Notes: generated by a model not told the origin, from the sequence alone. 64,000 nt of DNA from an uncultured Clostridia bacterium (GCA_944381135.1 CALWJY010000001.1:217306-281305), one strand, 5' to 3'; positions 43,595-53,157 are shown, counted from the stretch's first letter. Program-made: numbers and translations.

Positions 43595-44632
43595 TCACTC
43601 TTTCAAATCTGACAGTTTGAAAGAAACTTTGCCTTGTTCTTCATCTTTGGAAATCACTTCCACTTTCACATGGTCGCCAACTTTCGCAATTTCATAAATT
43701 TTCTTTGTGCGGTCATCTGTGGCATTTGTGATGTGCAAAAGTCCGCTTGCCCCGTTTTCAACATGCACAATTGCGCCAAACTGAAGCAGTTTGACAACTT
43801 CGCCGTCATACACCTCTCCAACGGAGAGTTCTTTCACTCTGGTGATTTTTGGGTCTTCCAAAGTGGCTTTAAGAGAAAGTTCCACTTTCTTATTTTCTCT
43901 GTCCACTTTGATGACTTTAAATTTCCTCACATCTCCAACATGAAGCACCTGCTCCACGCTGTCAAGACGCTCATATGCCACCTGTGAGATGTGCAAGAAA
44001 CAATCAAACCCATCCACACTGACAAACGCACCATATGGCACAATGCGTTCCACCTTTCCCGTCACAATTTTGTTGATGAAAATGCTGTTCCAAAAGTTTG
44101 TCTCAATTGCAACACGCGTCTGCTCCTGCAAAAGTTTGACACTTCCAACAATTCTTTTGTTTTCTTTGTCAATTTCAGTCACAACCGCTTCCATTTGCTT
44201 GCCAACAAACCGACCAAAATGCTTAGGCTTCCACTCAGCCACCTCGTCAAAAGGGATGATGATTTCATAGTCTCCCATTTTCGAGAGAAGTCCATCCCCC
44301 ACACCTGTTGCAACAAAAGTGAACTTGCTTCCAAGCCTCAAACTCTGCGCGTTTTGATTGGCTATTTTAAGTGCATCCGCCAAACTCTTTGATGCCTCAA
44401 TCATGCCCTCTTCGTTTTTCTGTTTTGTGATGACCACAGCAAAGCGGTCGCCAATTTTGATTTTGGAATAGTCCTCAAAATCTGATGCAGGAATGAATGC
44501 GTCGTTCTTCCCACCAATGTTGAAGATGCAACCATCTTCGCGTCTCATCACCACCACACCATCAAAAGATTGTCCTTTGCGATATGAAGTGAAGGTTTTG
44601 TCAATCATTTCCAAGTTAAATTTTTCGCTCAT
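43595..44632 (-). CDS. S1 RNA-binding domain protein (four S1 repeats, ribosomal protein S1-like)
   Basis: S1 signatures recur, for example GKVERIVPYGAFVSV.G.DCFLHISQV and GEVVKLLQFGAIVHVENGASGLLHITN. Confidence 0.8.
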   Translation of the reverse strand: MSEKFNLEMIDKTFTSYRKGQSFDGVVVMRREDGCIFNIGGKNDAFIPASDFEDYSKIKIGDRFAVVITKQKNEEGMIEASKSLADALKIANQNAQSLRLGSKFTFVATGVGDGLLSKMGDYEIIIPFDEVAEWKPKHFGRFVGKQMEAVVTEIDKENKRIVGSVKLLQEQTRVAIETNFWNSIFINKIVTGKVERIVPYGAFVSVDGFDCFLHISQVAYERLDSVEQVLHVGDVRKFKVIKVDRENKKVELSLKATLEDPKITRVKELSVGEVYDGEVVKLLQFGAIVHVENGASGLLHITNATDDRTKKIYEIAKVGDHVKVEVISKDEEQGKVSFKLSDLKE

Positions 44633-44673
44633 AATGTCTCACTTTTTACACCTTTCGTAAATCTTCTGAACCT

Positions 44674-44702
44674 ATCATATCAAAAACAAACAAAAAAATC
44701 AA
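44674..44702 (-). promoter_or_regulatory. Promoter candidate for the S1-domain gene (-35 TTGATT, 17 nt, TGaTATGAT)
   Basis: The -10 box is at 44674-44679 and -35 at 44697-44702 (minus strand). Confidence 0.45.
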
Positions 44703-44754
44703 ATTTTTCAAGCATTTTAATGTGATTTTTATTAAATTTGAAATTTCCTAAGCA

Positions 44755-44783
44755 TTGACAAAACCAAAATGGTATGCTATTAT
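44755..44783 (+). promoter_or_regulatory. SigA-type promoter for 44814.. (-35 TTGACA, 17 nt, TGcTATTAT)
   Basis: TTGACA lies at 44755-44760 and TATTAT at 44778-44783. GAGGAG precedes the ATG at 44814. Confidence 0.6.
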
Positions 44784-44813
44784 ATTAAGAAACAAAATTT
44801 TTGAGGAGAAATT

Positions 44814-45186
44814 ATGGAACAAAAGCATCACAAACCAAACAAATATCCACAAAGTGGCGGGAGATATTCATTGGAGGACTATTATCTTGCACTGAAATAT
44901 CGAAACATGGACACACGCATGGAGGAACTTGCGTGGGGAATCATTCACACAATTGACAGATTTAAAAAATCAAACAGATCAATATGTCGAGGTTTTTGCA
45001 TCTTGGACAGATGGAAAATTGGAACTCACCGTGACATCAATCAACATTCCAAACGAATTGAAGGGTGCGTTCATGCCTGAAGAGAGATTTAAATTTTATA
45101 ATCTAAAACCTCAGCCAAAAGAATCAAAAATCGCAAATGGCAAACAAACAGAACCCACAAAAAAGGAAATAACAAGAGACAAATAA
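44814..45186 (+). pseudogene. Small gene apparently split by a +1 frameshift (ORFs 44814..45080 and 44929..45186)
   Basis: The first frame has the promoter, SD and ATG. Only the second frame reads protein-like after about 44940 (QYVEVFASWTDGKLELTVTSINIPNELKG) and runs into the terminator. The frames overlap across a G4 run (44935-44938) and an A6 run (44964-44969). Confidence 0.4.
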
Positions 45187-45208
45187 TTCTCTTGTTATTT
45201 TTCTTTTC
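45167..45208 (+). terminator. Rho-independent terminator
   Basis: A perfect 12-bp stem AAATAACAAGAG / CTCTTGTTATTT encloses a 10-nt loop and is followed by TTCTTTTC. Confidence 0.75.
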
Positions 45209-45281
45209 ATTAACATTCATCAATAGCATCAATCAATCTTGTTTCCGCTTCTGCCCATTTGTGCAATTTCAAAAGCGAAAA

Positions 45282-45867
45282 TCAAGAATTTTGCATATTT
45301 GAAATGAATTTATAGACTCTTCTCCAATTTTTAAGATAGCGCACATCGGTGTAGAAAGGTTTTTCGTCAGTCAAACAAATGGCGGTTGAAACTCTTGCCA
45401 CCTCACGCGCAACCTTAATTTTGTCATCAATCATGACATCAATTTTTTCTTCCTCGCACGCAGGCGTCTTGTCTCTTGCGTTGACAATGATTTTGTCATA
45501 AACAAACCCGTGCTTGTCCAACCAATTTTTTGTCAAACCGTATGGGTCTTTGTGAAATTCAAAATCTCGACCCGTGATTATGTAAATCTCAAACCCCATT
45601 TTCTTCAATTTTCGAACATATTTTCTTGCACCACGTCGCATTGGTGCTTTTCTGATGATGTTCTCTTGAATGACACCCAAAAAAATATTTCAATTCAGGA
45701 TATGTGAAATTGAAATTCTCTTTCCAATCGCTTCCGTCTGAATAGAACTCTCTAAACTTTTTGTTGTAATAAAATTTCCCAAAGCTTTTGGCATATTTGT
45801 TTGCAGCCCGCGCCAGCCTTTTGTGAACATTGTTCAGTGTGTCATCCACATCAATTCCAATTCTCAT
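45282..45867 (-). pseudogene. HAD-type 5'(3')-deoxyribonucleotidase-like gene interrupted by a frameshift in a T7 (coding-strand) run
   Basis: The N-terminal ORF (45589..45867) starts MRIGIDVDDTL (DxDxT). The C-terminal ORF (45282..45680) continues ..FEIYIITGR..DVMIDDK. The frames switch at the A7/T7 run at 45679-45685. Confidence 0.65.
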
Positions 45868-46454
45868 TTCTGCTCCCTGTTTTCCAGCATTTTTTCGCGA
45901 ACAACTTGGTTCGCTTTTTCCAAAGTCTCCTCATCCAATTTCACGCCATAGAAATCTGAAAGTTCAAAAGGTTTGCCGACGCGATATACACTGCGTCTGA
46001 AAAGGCGTGGTTTCTTCTCAATCCAAATTGGCACAATTGGTGTTTTTGTCTTGATGGCAATAAGTGCCATTCCACTTTTAATTTCTCCCAAAATCATGCT
46101 TTCATCCTTAAGCCTTGTCCCCTCAGGAAAGATGAAAAGATGTTTATCCTCTTTCAAGCACTTCATGCATGCCTTGATGGCATTGATGTCGTTTGCCTCG
46201 CGGTCAATTTCAATTCCACCAAGCCACCTCAAAATTGCGCCAAAAAGTTTGTTTTTGAAAAGTTCTTTCTTTGCCAAAATTTTAATTTTTTTCTTGGTGT
46301 GCAGAAGATAGAGCACAATATCCCAATTGGAACGATGATTGCAAGAAAGAATTGCCTTTCCGTCTGGCAAATTTTTCTTTCCATAAATCTTTGTTGGATG
46401 CATGATTGTCAGTGGCAACCAAAGCAGAAATTTGATGATACGATAAAAAAACAT
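45864..46454 (-). CDS. plsC: 1-acyl-sn-glycerol-3-phosphate acyltransferase
   Basis: The NHRSNWD (HX4D) and FPEGTR motifs are present. The ATG at 46454 has a GGGAGA SD. Confidence 0.8.
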   Translation of the reverse strand: MFFYRIIKFLLWLPLTIMHPTKIYGKKNLPDGKAILSCNHRSNWDIVLYLLHTKKKIKILAKKELFKNKLFGAILRWLGGIEIDREANDINAIKACMKCLKEDKHLFIFPEGTRLKDESMILGEIKSGMALIAIKTKTPIVPIWIEKKPRLFRRSVYRVGKPFELSDFYGVKLDEETLEKANQVVREKMLENREQK

Positions 46455-46600
46455 ACAATCTCCCAAAGCACAAAGTGCATTTATTTTTGAAATTTCAAAA
46501 ATTAAGATTTCTTTTTTCAAATAGTTCTTAAAAAAATAAAATTTCAAGAAACATATAATATGATTATTAACAATTTTAACAAAAAAGTCAAATTAAAATG

Positions 46601-47809
46601 TCATTCTCTAAAATTTTTCGCGCAAGAAACCGCTTCCGCCCAGCATATTTGCAAATTGAATCCACCCGTGAACGCATCCACATCCAAAACTTCGCCAAGA
46701 AAATAGAGTCCACTTGTCAACTTGCTTTCAAAGGTTTTGGGATTGATTTCTTTCAAGTCCACCCCTCCGCTTGTCACAATTCCAGCGTTCAAATCATAAA
46801 GCCCGCCATATGTCAGTTTGAAGTCTTTAAGATTTTGGACAATTTTATTTCGCTCCTCTTTGCTTACACCGTTCACTTTTTTGCTTTCGTCAAATCCAAT
46901 CTCGCGCACAAAAATTTCCGCCACTGCTTTTGGCAAAAGCCCACGAAAAATGGTTTTCACTTCCTTGTTTTTGTTCTCGGCAAAATCTCGTAAAAGCCTG
47001 TCATCCAACTGTTTTTCAGAAAGTGCCGGCTTGAAATCTAAAGAAAGTTCCACACTGCCAGCGCGGTTTATGTGGCTTGAAGCCGTAAGCACAATTGGTC
47101 CCGTGATGCCACAGTCTGTGAACATCATCTCGCCAAAATAGGTTTGTTTTTTGCCGTCCGCAATAAGTTTAAGCGAAACATTTTTAAGTGAAACACCCTG
47201 TAAATCTTTGACAAAACGGTCTTTCAATTTGACTGGACAAAGTGCCGGAACAAGTGGCACAATGTTGTGTCCAAAACTTTTGGCAAACCTAAATCCGTCG
47301 CCATCACTGCCTGTGGCGGAATAACTTTTTCCACCCGTTGCAACAATCACCCTGTCAAACTGCTCTCTTCCTTTTGTTGTTTCAACAAGAAAACCATCAT
47401 CCGCTTTTGCGATGTTTTTCACCTTGCAATCAAATTCAAACTTCACACCTTTGCAATGTTTTTCTTTCAAAACTTTGATGACATCACTTGATTTGTCGCT
47501 TGCTGGAAACACACGATTTCCGCGCTCCACTTTGGTTTTAAGCCCAAGTCCCTCAAAAAACTCCACCGCATCCGCACTTGTGAAGTTGTAGATTGCAGAA
47601 CGCACAAATTTTTCGCCACGCACCACATTCTTCAAAAATTCATCCACATCACAAAGGTTGGTCAAATTGCAACGCCCCTTGCCAGAAATGAACAACTTTT
47701 TCCCCGCTTTTTCGTTGCCATCAAACACAACAACTTCCAAGCCCTTTTCGCGCAAGAACCCCGAAATCATAAGCCCCGAAGCCCCAGCACCAACAACCGC
47801 AATTTTCAT
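46601..47809 (-). CDS. HI0933/BaiN-family FAD-dependent oxidoreductase
   Basis: MKIAVVGAGASGLM... is followed by GKKLFISGKGRCNLTN, the family signature. The ATG forms an ATGA overlap with the upstream gene. Confidence 0.85.
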   Translation of the reverse strand: MKIAVVGAGASGLMISGFLREKGLEVVVFDGNEKAGKKLFISGKGRCNLTNLCDVDEFLKNVVRGEKFVRSAIYNFTSADAVEFFEGLGLKTKVERGNRVFPASDKSSDVIKVLKEKHCKGVKFEFDCKVKNIAKADDGFLVETTKGREQFDRVIVATGGKSYSATGSDGDGFRFAKSFGHNIVPLVPALCPVKLKDRFVKDLQGVSLKNVSLKLIADGKKQTYFGEMMFTDCGITGPIVLTASSHINRAGSVELSLDFKPALSEKQLDDRLLRDFAENKNKEVKTIFRGLLPKAVAEIFVREIGFDESKKVNGVSKEERNKIVQNLKDFKLTYGGLYDLNAGIVTSGGVDLKEINPKTFESKLTSGLYFLGEVLDVDAFTGGFNLQICWAEAVSCAKNFRE

Positions 47810-48381
47810 GTTTTTTCACCTGCCAACATTTCATTTTTCACTTCAAGTTCTGGATATAATTCCACCAAAATTTTATAAGTTTCGGGGAAATTAAGTTTGT
47901 TTTCTTTCATGGTTGGCGCAATGGTTTTGATGAAATTTTCTTTCACTCTTTCCTTTTGTTCGTCCGTATAGTTTTCCCATCTTTGCAAACAAATTGCCCC
48001 GCTTCTTTCAAGTTCCAAAAGTTTTTCATAACAATCTGGAATATGTTCACATTTTTTCTTATCCAATTTGATATTGTGCTCGCAAACATAAACTTGTCCT
48101 GTGATGTGCTCAATTTTTTTCGGATTTTCAACCTCAACAGAAAATATGAAACAGCCATGCCCTTTATACATCTTTTCAAAAGCATTTGGTGCTTTTTCCA
48201 CAAAACACAAAGTTCCGTCTTTTTTCACCGCAAAACACATCAAAACACTTGACGCATACAAAAACGCACAAGCATAACTGTCTGTCAAGAAAATCACACC
48301 AGGGTCGTCCTTTCTTCCTGATTTGAAATCTGCTCTAAGTTCCGTCAAATTTCCGTTTTGTGTTCCGTGATAAAGACGCAT
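47806..48381 (-). CDS. Hypothetical protein (191 aa)
   Basis: The ATG at 48381 (MRLYHGT) has an AGAGG SD. The N-terminal LYHGT...GVIFLTDSYACAFLYA is reminiscent of DUF3990-type proteins, but this is a weak call by eye only. Confidence 0.55.
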   Translation of the reverse strand: MRLYHGTQNGNLTELRADFKSGRKDDPGVIFLTDSYACAFLYASSVLMCFAVKKDGTLCFVEKAPNAFEKMYKGHGCFIFSVEVENPKKIEHITGQVYVCEHNIKLDKKKCEHIPDCYEKLLELERSGAICLQRWENYTDEQKERVKENFIKTIAPTMKENKLNFPETYKILVELYPELEVKNEMLAGEKT

Positions 48382-48432
48382 TTCCACCTCTTTATTTTTT
48401 TGTTTTTCTTTATTTTAATTAAACTTTGTCAA

Positions 48433-49134
48433 TCACTTAAAACTTTCAATCTCTTCAGCCGTCATAGGCTTTGTCTTCCCGCGCGAAAGTCCTCCAAGCC
48501 TCACACTTCCAATTCGGATGCGTTTCAAAAGCACAATTGTCTTTCCAATGCAATCAAACATTCTGCGCACTTGTCTGTTTTGCCCCTCGTCAATCACCAC
48601 CGAAAGTTTGGTGTTTTTGCCGTCATAGGACAAAAACTTCACCTTTGCTTTTGGCATTCTGACACCATTTTCCACAACACCAGCACGCAAAACTGCAATT
48701 TCGCTTTCCTTAATTTCGCCCTCAATTGTCACTTGATATTCTTTTTCAATGTGAAATTTCGGATGAGTGATGAGATTGGCGAAATTTCCGTCGTTTGTCA
48801 AAAAAATCAACCCCTCTGTGTCATAATCCAAACGCCCAACATTAAAAAGTCTGACATCACTTTTCACCAAATCAAAAATGGTCTTTCTGCCTTTTTCGTC
48901 CTTAGCAGTGCAAGCATAGCCTTTTGGTTTGTTAAGTTTCAAATAGACAAGTTCGTTTGGCAACATCACCCTTTCGCCATCCACGCAAACCACATCTTTC
49001 TTTTCGTTCACAGAAACTCCAAGTTCTTGCACCACTTTTCCGCCGACAGTCACTCTGCCTTGCGAAATCAACTCGTCGCACTTACGCCTTGACGCCACCC
49101 CGCACGAACTTAAAAACTTGTTCAACCTCATCAT
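48433..49134 (-). CDS. rluB: Pseudouridine synthase, RsuA/RluB family (S4 domain plus catalytic domain)
   Basis: LNKFLSSCGVASRRKCDELI forms the S4 domain, and VGRLDYDTEGLIFLTNDG carries the catalytic Asp motif. Confidence 0.9.
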   Translation of the reverse strand: MMRLNKFLSSCGVASRRKCDELISQGRVTVGGKVVQELGVSVNEKKDVVCVDGERVMLPNELVYLKLNKPKGYACTAKDEKGRKTIFDLVKSDVRLFNVGRLDYDTEGLIFLTNDGNFANLITHPKFHIEKEYQVTIEGEIKESEIAVLRAGVVENGVRMPKAKVKFLSYDGKNTKLSVVIDEGQNRQVRRMFDCIGKTIVLLKRIRIGSVRLGGLSRGKTKPMTAEEIESFK

Positions 49135-49151
49135 GAAAATTCAACCTCCAA

Positions 49152-49188
49152 CAAAAAATCCTCTCTGCAAAATCAATCTGCAAAGAGG
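49152..49188 (-). terminator. Terminator-like hairpin between the dac gene and rluB
   Basis: The minus strand reads CCTCTTTGCA-N9-TGCAGAGAGG (10 bp, one mismatch), then ATTTTTT. It ends only about 4 nt before the rluB SD. Confidence 0.5.
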
Positions 49189-49300
49189 AAATTTTTCAAA
49201 ACACAAAGCGTCCATTTTAAACACTAAGCGCAAAATTTGCCACCATCTTTAAAAGCCAACTTTGGTCAAAAACGCTTAATTTAAAATTGACATCTTGTTG

Positions 49301-50602
49301 TCAAAATGGTTCAACTGCCCAATTCCCGAAAAAGTCTTTCATCCTCTGCATAATTGATTTAGGTTTGATTTCTTCTATTGTATAAATTTTTTCGGAAAAT
49401 AGCAAGTCATTATTCAAAAATATTTCCACTTGTCCAATCTCGCTCCCTTTTACAAGTGGTGCTTCAAGATTTTGAGGATAGGTGTATTTGAAATTTAGGT
49501 TTTCAACTTCTTTTTCAGTGAGTGGATAGAAGAAATGTCCGCGCGTGCCAATTTTTGCACTTTCCACCCTGCCGTTTTCGACTTTCACAGTGTGGTTGAA
49601 ATCATACATTTCAGTGAGGTCATAGAGTTTAAATGCGTTTGCACACTCTTGCAACATAACTGCACTTTCTTGAAACATAGGCCCGCAATTAAGCACCACA
49701 CAAACAAGACGCAAACCATCTCCTTCAATTGCCGAAACCAAACATCTTCCAGCATCATCCGTGAAACCTGTCTTGACACCAATGCATCCGTCAAGAGTGG
49801 AAAGCAATTTGTTTTTGTTTTTCAAAAATCTGTTTTCGTCCTCGCCATTTGTGATTTTAATGTTTTTTGTGCTTACAATCTCTCTGAAAGTGTCGTTTTC
49901 AAGAGCATAGGCAGTTATGCACGCCAAATCATAGGCAGTTGTATAGTGTCCGTCAGCGTCAAGTCCGTGCGAGTTTGCGAAATGAGAATTTGTTGCACCA
50001 ATCTTTCGTGCTGTGTCATTCATCATGGTGACAAACTCTGATGTCGAACCCGCCACATGCTCGGCAATGGCAACAGAGGCATCGTTTCCCGAAATGAGCA
50101 TAAGCGCATAGAGCAGGTCTCGCGTGGAATAGACATCTCCTTTTCGAAGATAGAGCGAAGTTCCCGGCACACCCACAGCCTTTGGCGAAATTTCAAATTT
50201 TTCATCCAAATCTTTGCAGTTTTCAATTGCAGTGATTGCTGTCATAATTTTTGTTGTGCTTGCCATTGGAAGACGAGCATCCTCATTCACTGCAAACAAT
50301 TTTCTTTTGGTGGAGGTTTCAATCACAGCACACGATTTTGCACTTGTGCTTAAGTTGATTGCGTTTGCGCTTGCAACATCATTAAAACAAATATGTGCAA
50401 CTCCAACAAACAAAAACGAAAAACTAAGCGCAAAAATCAAAAAGCATTTGAAGCAATTGGAAATTCGTTTGAATGCACTTTTTGCACCGTCAGACACTGT
50501 TTGCTTTTCAATTTTCATATTCAATTTTTGTCCCGACATGTTGCACAACCTTTTTGAACTTTCATGCTTGGCAACCAAATTATTTTCACTTTTTTTGACC
50601 AT
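49301..50602 (-). CDS. D-alanyl-D-alanine carboxypeptidase (PBP5/DacB/DacF type)
   Basis: SxxK (ASTTK), SxN (SGND) and KTG (VKTGFT) are present. I chose the ATG at 50602 because of its GGTGGAG SD. Confidence 0.85.
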   Translation of the reverse strand: MVKKSENNLVAKHESSKRLCNMSGQKLNMKIEKQTVSDGAKSAFKRISNCFKCFLIFALSFSFLFVGVAHICFNDVASANAINLSTSAKSCAVIETSTKRKLFAVNEDARLPMASTTKIMTAITAIENCKDLDEKFEISPKAVGVPGTSLYLRKGDVYSTRDLLYALMLISGNDASVAIAEHVAGSTSEFVTMMNDTARKIGATNSHFANSHGLDADGHYTTAYDLACITAYALENDTFREIVSTKNIKITNGEDENRFLKNKNKLLSTLDGCIGVKTGFTDDAGRCLVSAIEGDGLRLVCVVLNCGPMFQESAVMLQECANAFKLYDLTEMYDFNHTVKVENGRVESAKIGTRGHFFYPLTEKEVENLNFKYTYPQNLEAPLVKGSEIGQVEIFLNNDLLFSEKIYTIEEIKPKSIMQRMKDFFGNWAVEPF

Positions 50603-50999
50603 CTTCTCCACCTTTATTTTGCTCTTTTTCAATTTTCGAAAGAAGAGAATTAAACATATTCAAAACGGTTTGATAAAGCGATTTGTTTTCCACGTTCACA
50701 AAATCAACCTCACCATTTGACTGCAAAATCAAAAAGCCCACAGGGCTGACACTCATTCCACCGCTTGAACCACCACTCATTGGAAAATGATTTGCAACTC
50801 GGCGCGAAGAGAGGTCGGCATATTCTCCGCCACCCACAACAAAACCAACTGTCACTTTTGAAATTGGAATGATTGTCGAGCCGTCTGGCGTCTCAATGCT
50901 TTCTCCCACAATTGTGCTGGAATCGACAATCGTTTTGATTTTATCCATGGCATTTTGAATGAGGTCGTTGATTGAAGTTGAGTTTGTGTAAATTTTCAT
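50586..50999 (-). CDS. ytfJ: Sporulation protein YtfJ (GerW family)
   Basis: TIIPISKVTVGFVVGGGEY and GGSSGGMSVSPVGFLI are present. The SD is AAAGGAG. Confidence 0.85.
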   Translation of the reverse strand: MKIYTNSTSINDLIQNAMDKIKTIVDSSTIVGESIETPDGSTIIPISKVTVGFVVGGGEYADLSSRRVANHFPMSGGSSGGMSVSPVGFLILQSNGEVDFVNVENKSLYQTVLNMFNSLLSKIEKEQNKGGEDGQKK

Positions 51000-51172
51000 T
51001 TTCGTCTCCTTTCTTTTTTCGCTCTTAACATCTTAAAAAATTTTAAGTTTCAAATTTATGTCAAGTTGTTTTTCAGTTTCCCTCAGGTTACGTTGCATAA
51101 CTCCACAACTTTTTGTGTATTATGTTGAGTAATACACCACATCTTGTGTGTCAATTTTCAAAATCTCTCACA

Positions 51173-51727
51173 TCAAGACTTTCTCTTTGTTAGAATAACC
51201 GAAAGAATTAAAGAATATACAACATCAAAAAAAGAAATTGAAATTGCCATTCTTCCCGCCACCTCACATGTCACTTTGTTGTAGGAAACCGTGTCATAAA
51301 CACAAAATGAAGCAGTCGGTTTTCTGCTTTTCAAAAACAAAAATGTTTGCGTCAGTGCCTGATTGATAAGCCCACACAACATTGCGCTCGACATTGCGTC
51401 GCCCGTTCCAATGTTGTAATAGACAAACAAATGTTTAAGCCTTGTCTTGTCTTTAATTTGTCTGCCAAACTCCTCCAAAACAGCAAACTGTGGACTTGAA
51501 AATTCCAATTCTTGCCTTTTCGTTTCTTTCTCATTTTCAAGTTCAATATACTTCCCATGAAATGAAACAATAAAATAAAACACCTTGATTTTAAAAACAA
51601 AAAGCGCCAAAACGCCCCTGTTGTAAAGCGGATTGTATGAAACTCTGACTTCCACAAAAATAGGAAAAACCAGAATCAAAACAAACACCGCAGGAATTAT
51701 GTATAAAAGCGAAATTTTCCAATCCAT
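51173..51727 (-). CDS. ytfI: DUF2953 (YtfI-like) sporulation-associated membrane protein
   Basis: It lies upstream of ytfJ as in Bacillus. An N-terminal TM helix is followed by EVRVSYNPLYNRGVLALFVFKIKVF. Confidence 0.6.
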   Translation of the reverse strand: MDWKISLLYIIPAVFVLILVFPIFVEVRVSYNPLYNRGVLALFVFKIKVFYFIVSFHGKYIELENEKETKRQELEFSSPQFAVLEEFGRQIKDKTRLKHLFVYYNIGTGDAMSSAMLCGLINQALTQTFLFLKSRKPTASFCVYDTVSYNKVTCEVAGRMAISISFFDVVYSLILSVILTKRKS

Positions 51728-51876
51728 AACCTTATTTTGTTTCAAAACAACAAAAAAAATGCGGAATAAAATTTCCACATTTTTATTTACATATTAAACT
51801 TACTTAAATAAGAGATTCTCTCTTCCAAACTTAAAAAGTTAACAAACAAGCATAATCAAATCCCCAATCCGATATT

Positions 51877-53151
51877 TTAAATTGAAACTTTTTTTGCAAC
51901 TGCTTTTCCTTTCTTTTTTGACTTATAATCTTTCTTTCTGCGCCTGTTGACAATTTTATTAACTTTGCCATAGTCCAAAGTGGTGACAATTCCAAAATAG
52001 TCCGCATTTGGCTGACTGTCAATCAATTTTGCAATTGCTTCAATTCCATTGGTTTTAATTGCCCGAAGTTTTGTTTTCATCTCCTGCACAACCTCTGGAT
52101 GTGACCTCAGAAACTCAAGTTCTGTCACAAGTTGTTTAAAGTTTTTGAAAGACAACCCCATTCCGTTTTCTTGCAAAAATTTGATGTTGTAAACCTCTTG
52201 CATTGGAAGTTTTGTTGTTGCAATCAGTGGCAATTCTTTGTTGATTGCCTCAGTTGTGGAAAGCCCACCGCCTTTTCCAATCATGACATCGCAAGCACTC
52301 ATAATCAAGTCCATTTCGTTTGAAAATCCAATGTTTTTGATAACAAAATTCTTTGGATAGTTTTTCATCTCTTTGTCAATTTTTTCTTTACTTTTCTTGT
52401 TATGTCCATTGACGATGACAATTTGAATTTCACTTTTAACTCTTTTCAAAAGTGCCTGCAAAACTTGATAGCCTCCATGCCAATGACCTCCGCCATAAAA
52501 AATCAGCACAGTGAACAAATCTTTTCTTAGTCCAAGTTTTTCGCGCGCAACATCCTTGTCAATCTCGTTGACAAACTTTTCACCGATTGGAATGCCGGTC
52601 AAAACAAGTTGCTCGTCCGAAAACCCCTTGTCCATCATCGGCTTTCTGAATTGTTCGTTGGAAATTGTCAGAAAATCCACTCCTCCAACAGACGCTTCCC
52701 AAAATGGCGACACAACATAGTCAAGCATACACGCAACATTGACGCTTGGCAATTTATACGCCCTTCTCAAATTTGCAAGAGCCATTCCGCCGTAATATGT
52801 GGTGGAATAGATGACATCCGGCTTGAAATCGTAGATCAATTTCAGAAGTTTGCCGTTTAAAGCTTTCACACTTGCTTGAGAATCGCAAACCTCACCCTTG
52901 TTGTTTGGCGCTTTCATATATGCCCTAAAAAACATGTTGTAGATTGGAAGCAAATGTCCAACTGCAATGTTATATCCCTTGTCAACAATCCAAGAATTAA
53001 ACTTAGATGTAAATTCCTTGATTATATCAACAACCTTAACTTCATGGCCAAGCTCTTCAAGTTTGTTTTTCATAGAATTGGCTGCAGAATTATGACCATT
53101 TCCCGCTGTCACAGTTAATATTAAAATCTTTTTGACTTTTCTATTGTTCAT
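51877..53151 (-). CDS. GT28-family glycolipid glycosyltransferase (UgtP/MGDG-synthase-like)
   Basis: KKILILTVTAGNGHNSAANSM and the C-terminal GKGGGLSTTEA are present. I chose the ATG at 53151. The protein has a Lys-rich tail. Confidence 0.8.
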   Translation of the reverse strand: MNNRKVKKILILTVTAGNGHNSAANSMKNKLEELGHEVKVVDIIKEFTSKFNSWIVDKGYNIAVGHLLPIYNMFFRAYMKAPNNKGEVCDSQASVKALNGKLLKLIYDFKPDVIYSTTYYGGMALANLRRAYKLPSVNVACMLDYVVSPFWEASVGGVDFLTISNEQFRKPMMDKGFSDEQLVLTGIPIGEKFVNEIDKDVAREKLGLRKDLFTVLIFYGGGHWHGGYQVLQALLKRVKSEIQIVIVNGHNKKSKEKIDKEMKNYPKNFVIKNIGFSNEMDLIMSACDVMIGKGGGLSTTEAINKELPLIATTKLPMQEVYNIKFLQENGMGLSFKNFKQLVTELEFLRSHPEVVQEMKTKLRAIKTNGIEAIAKLIDSQPNADYFGIVTTLDYGKVNKIVNRRRKKDYKSKKKGKAVAKKVSI

Positions 53152-53157
53152 ATTGTA

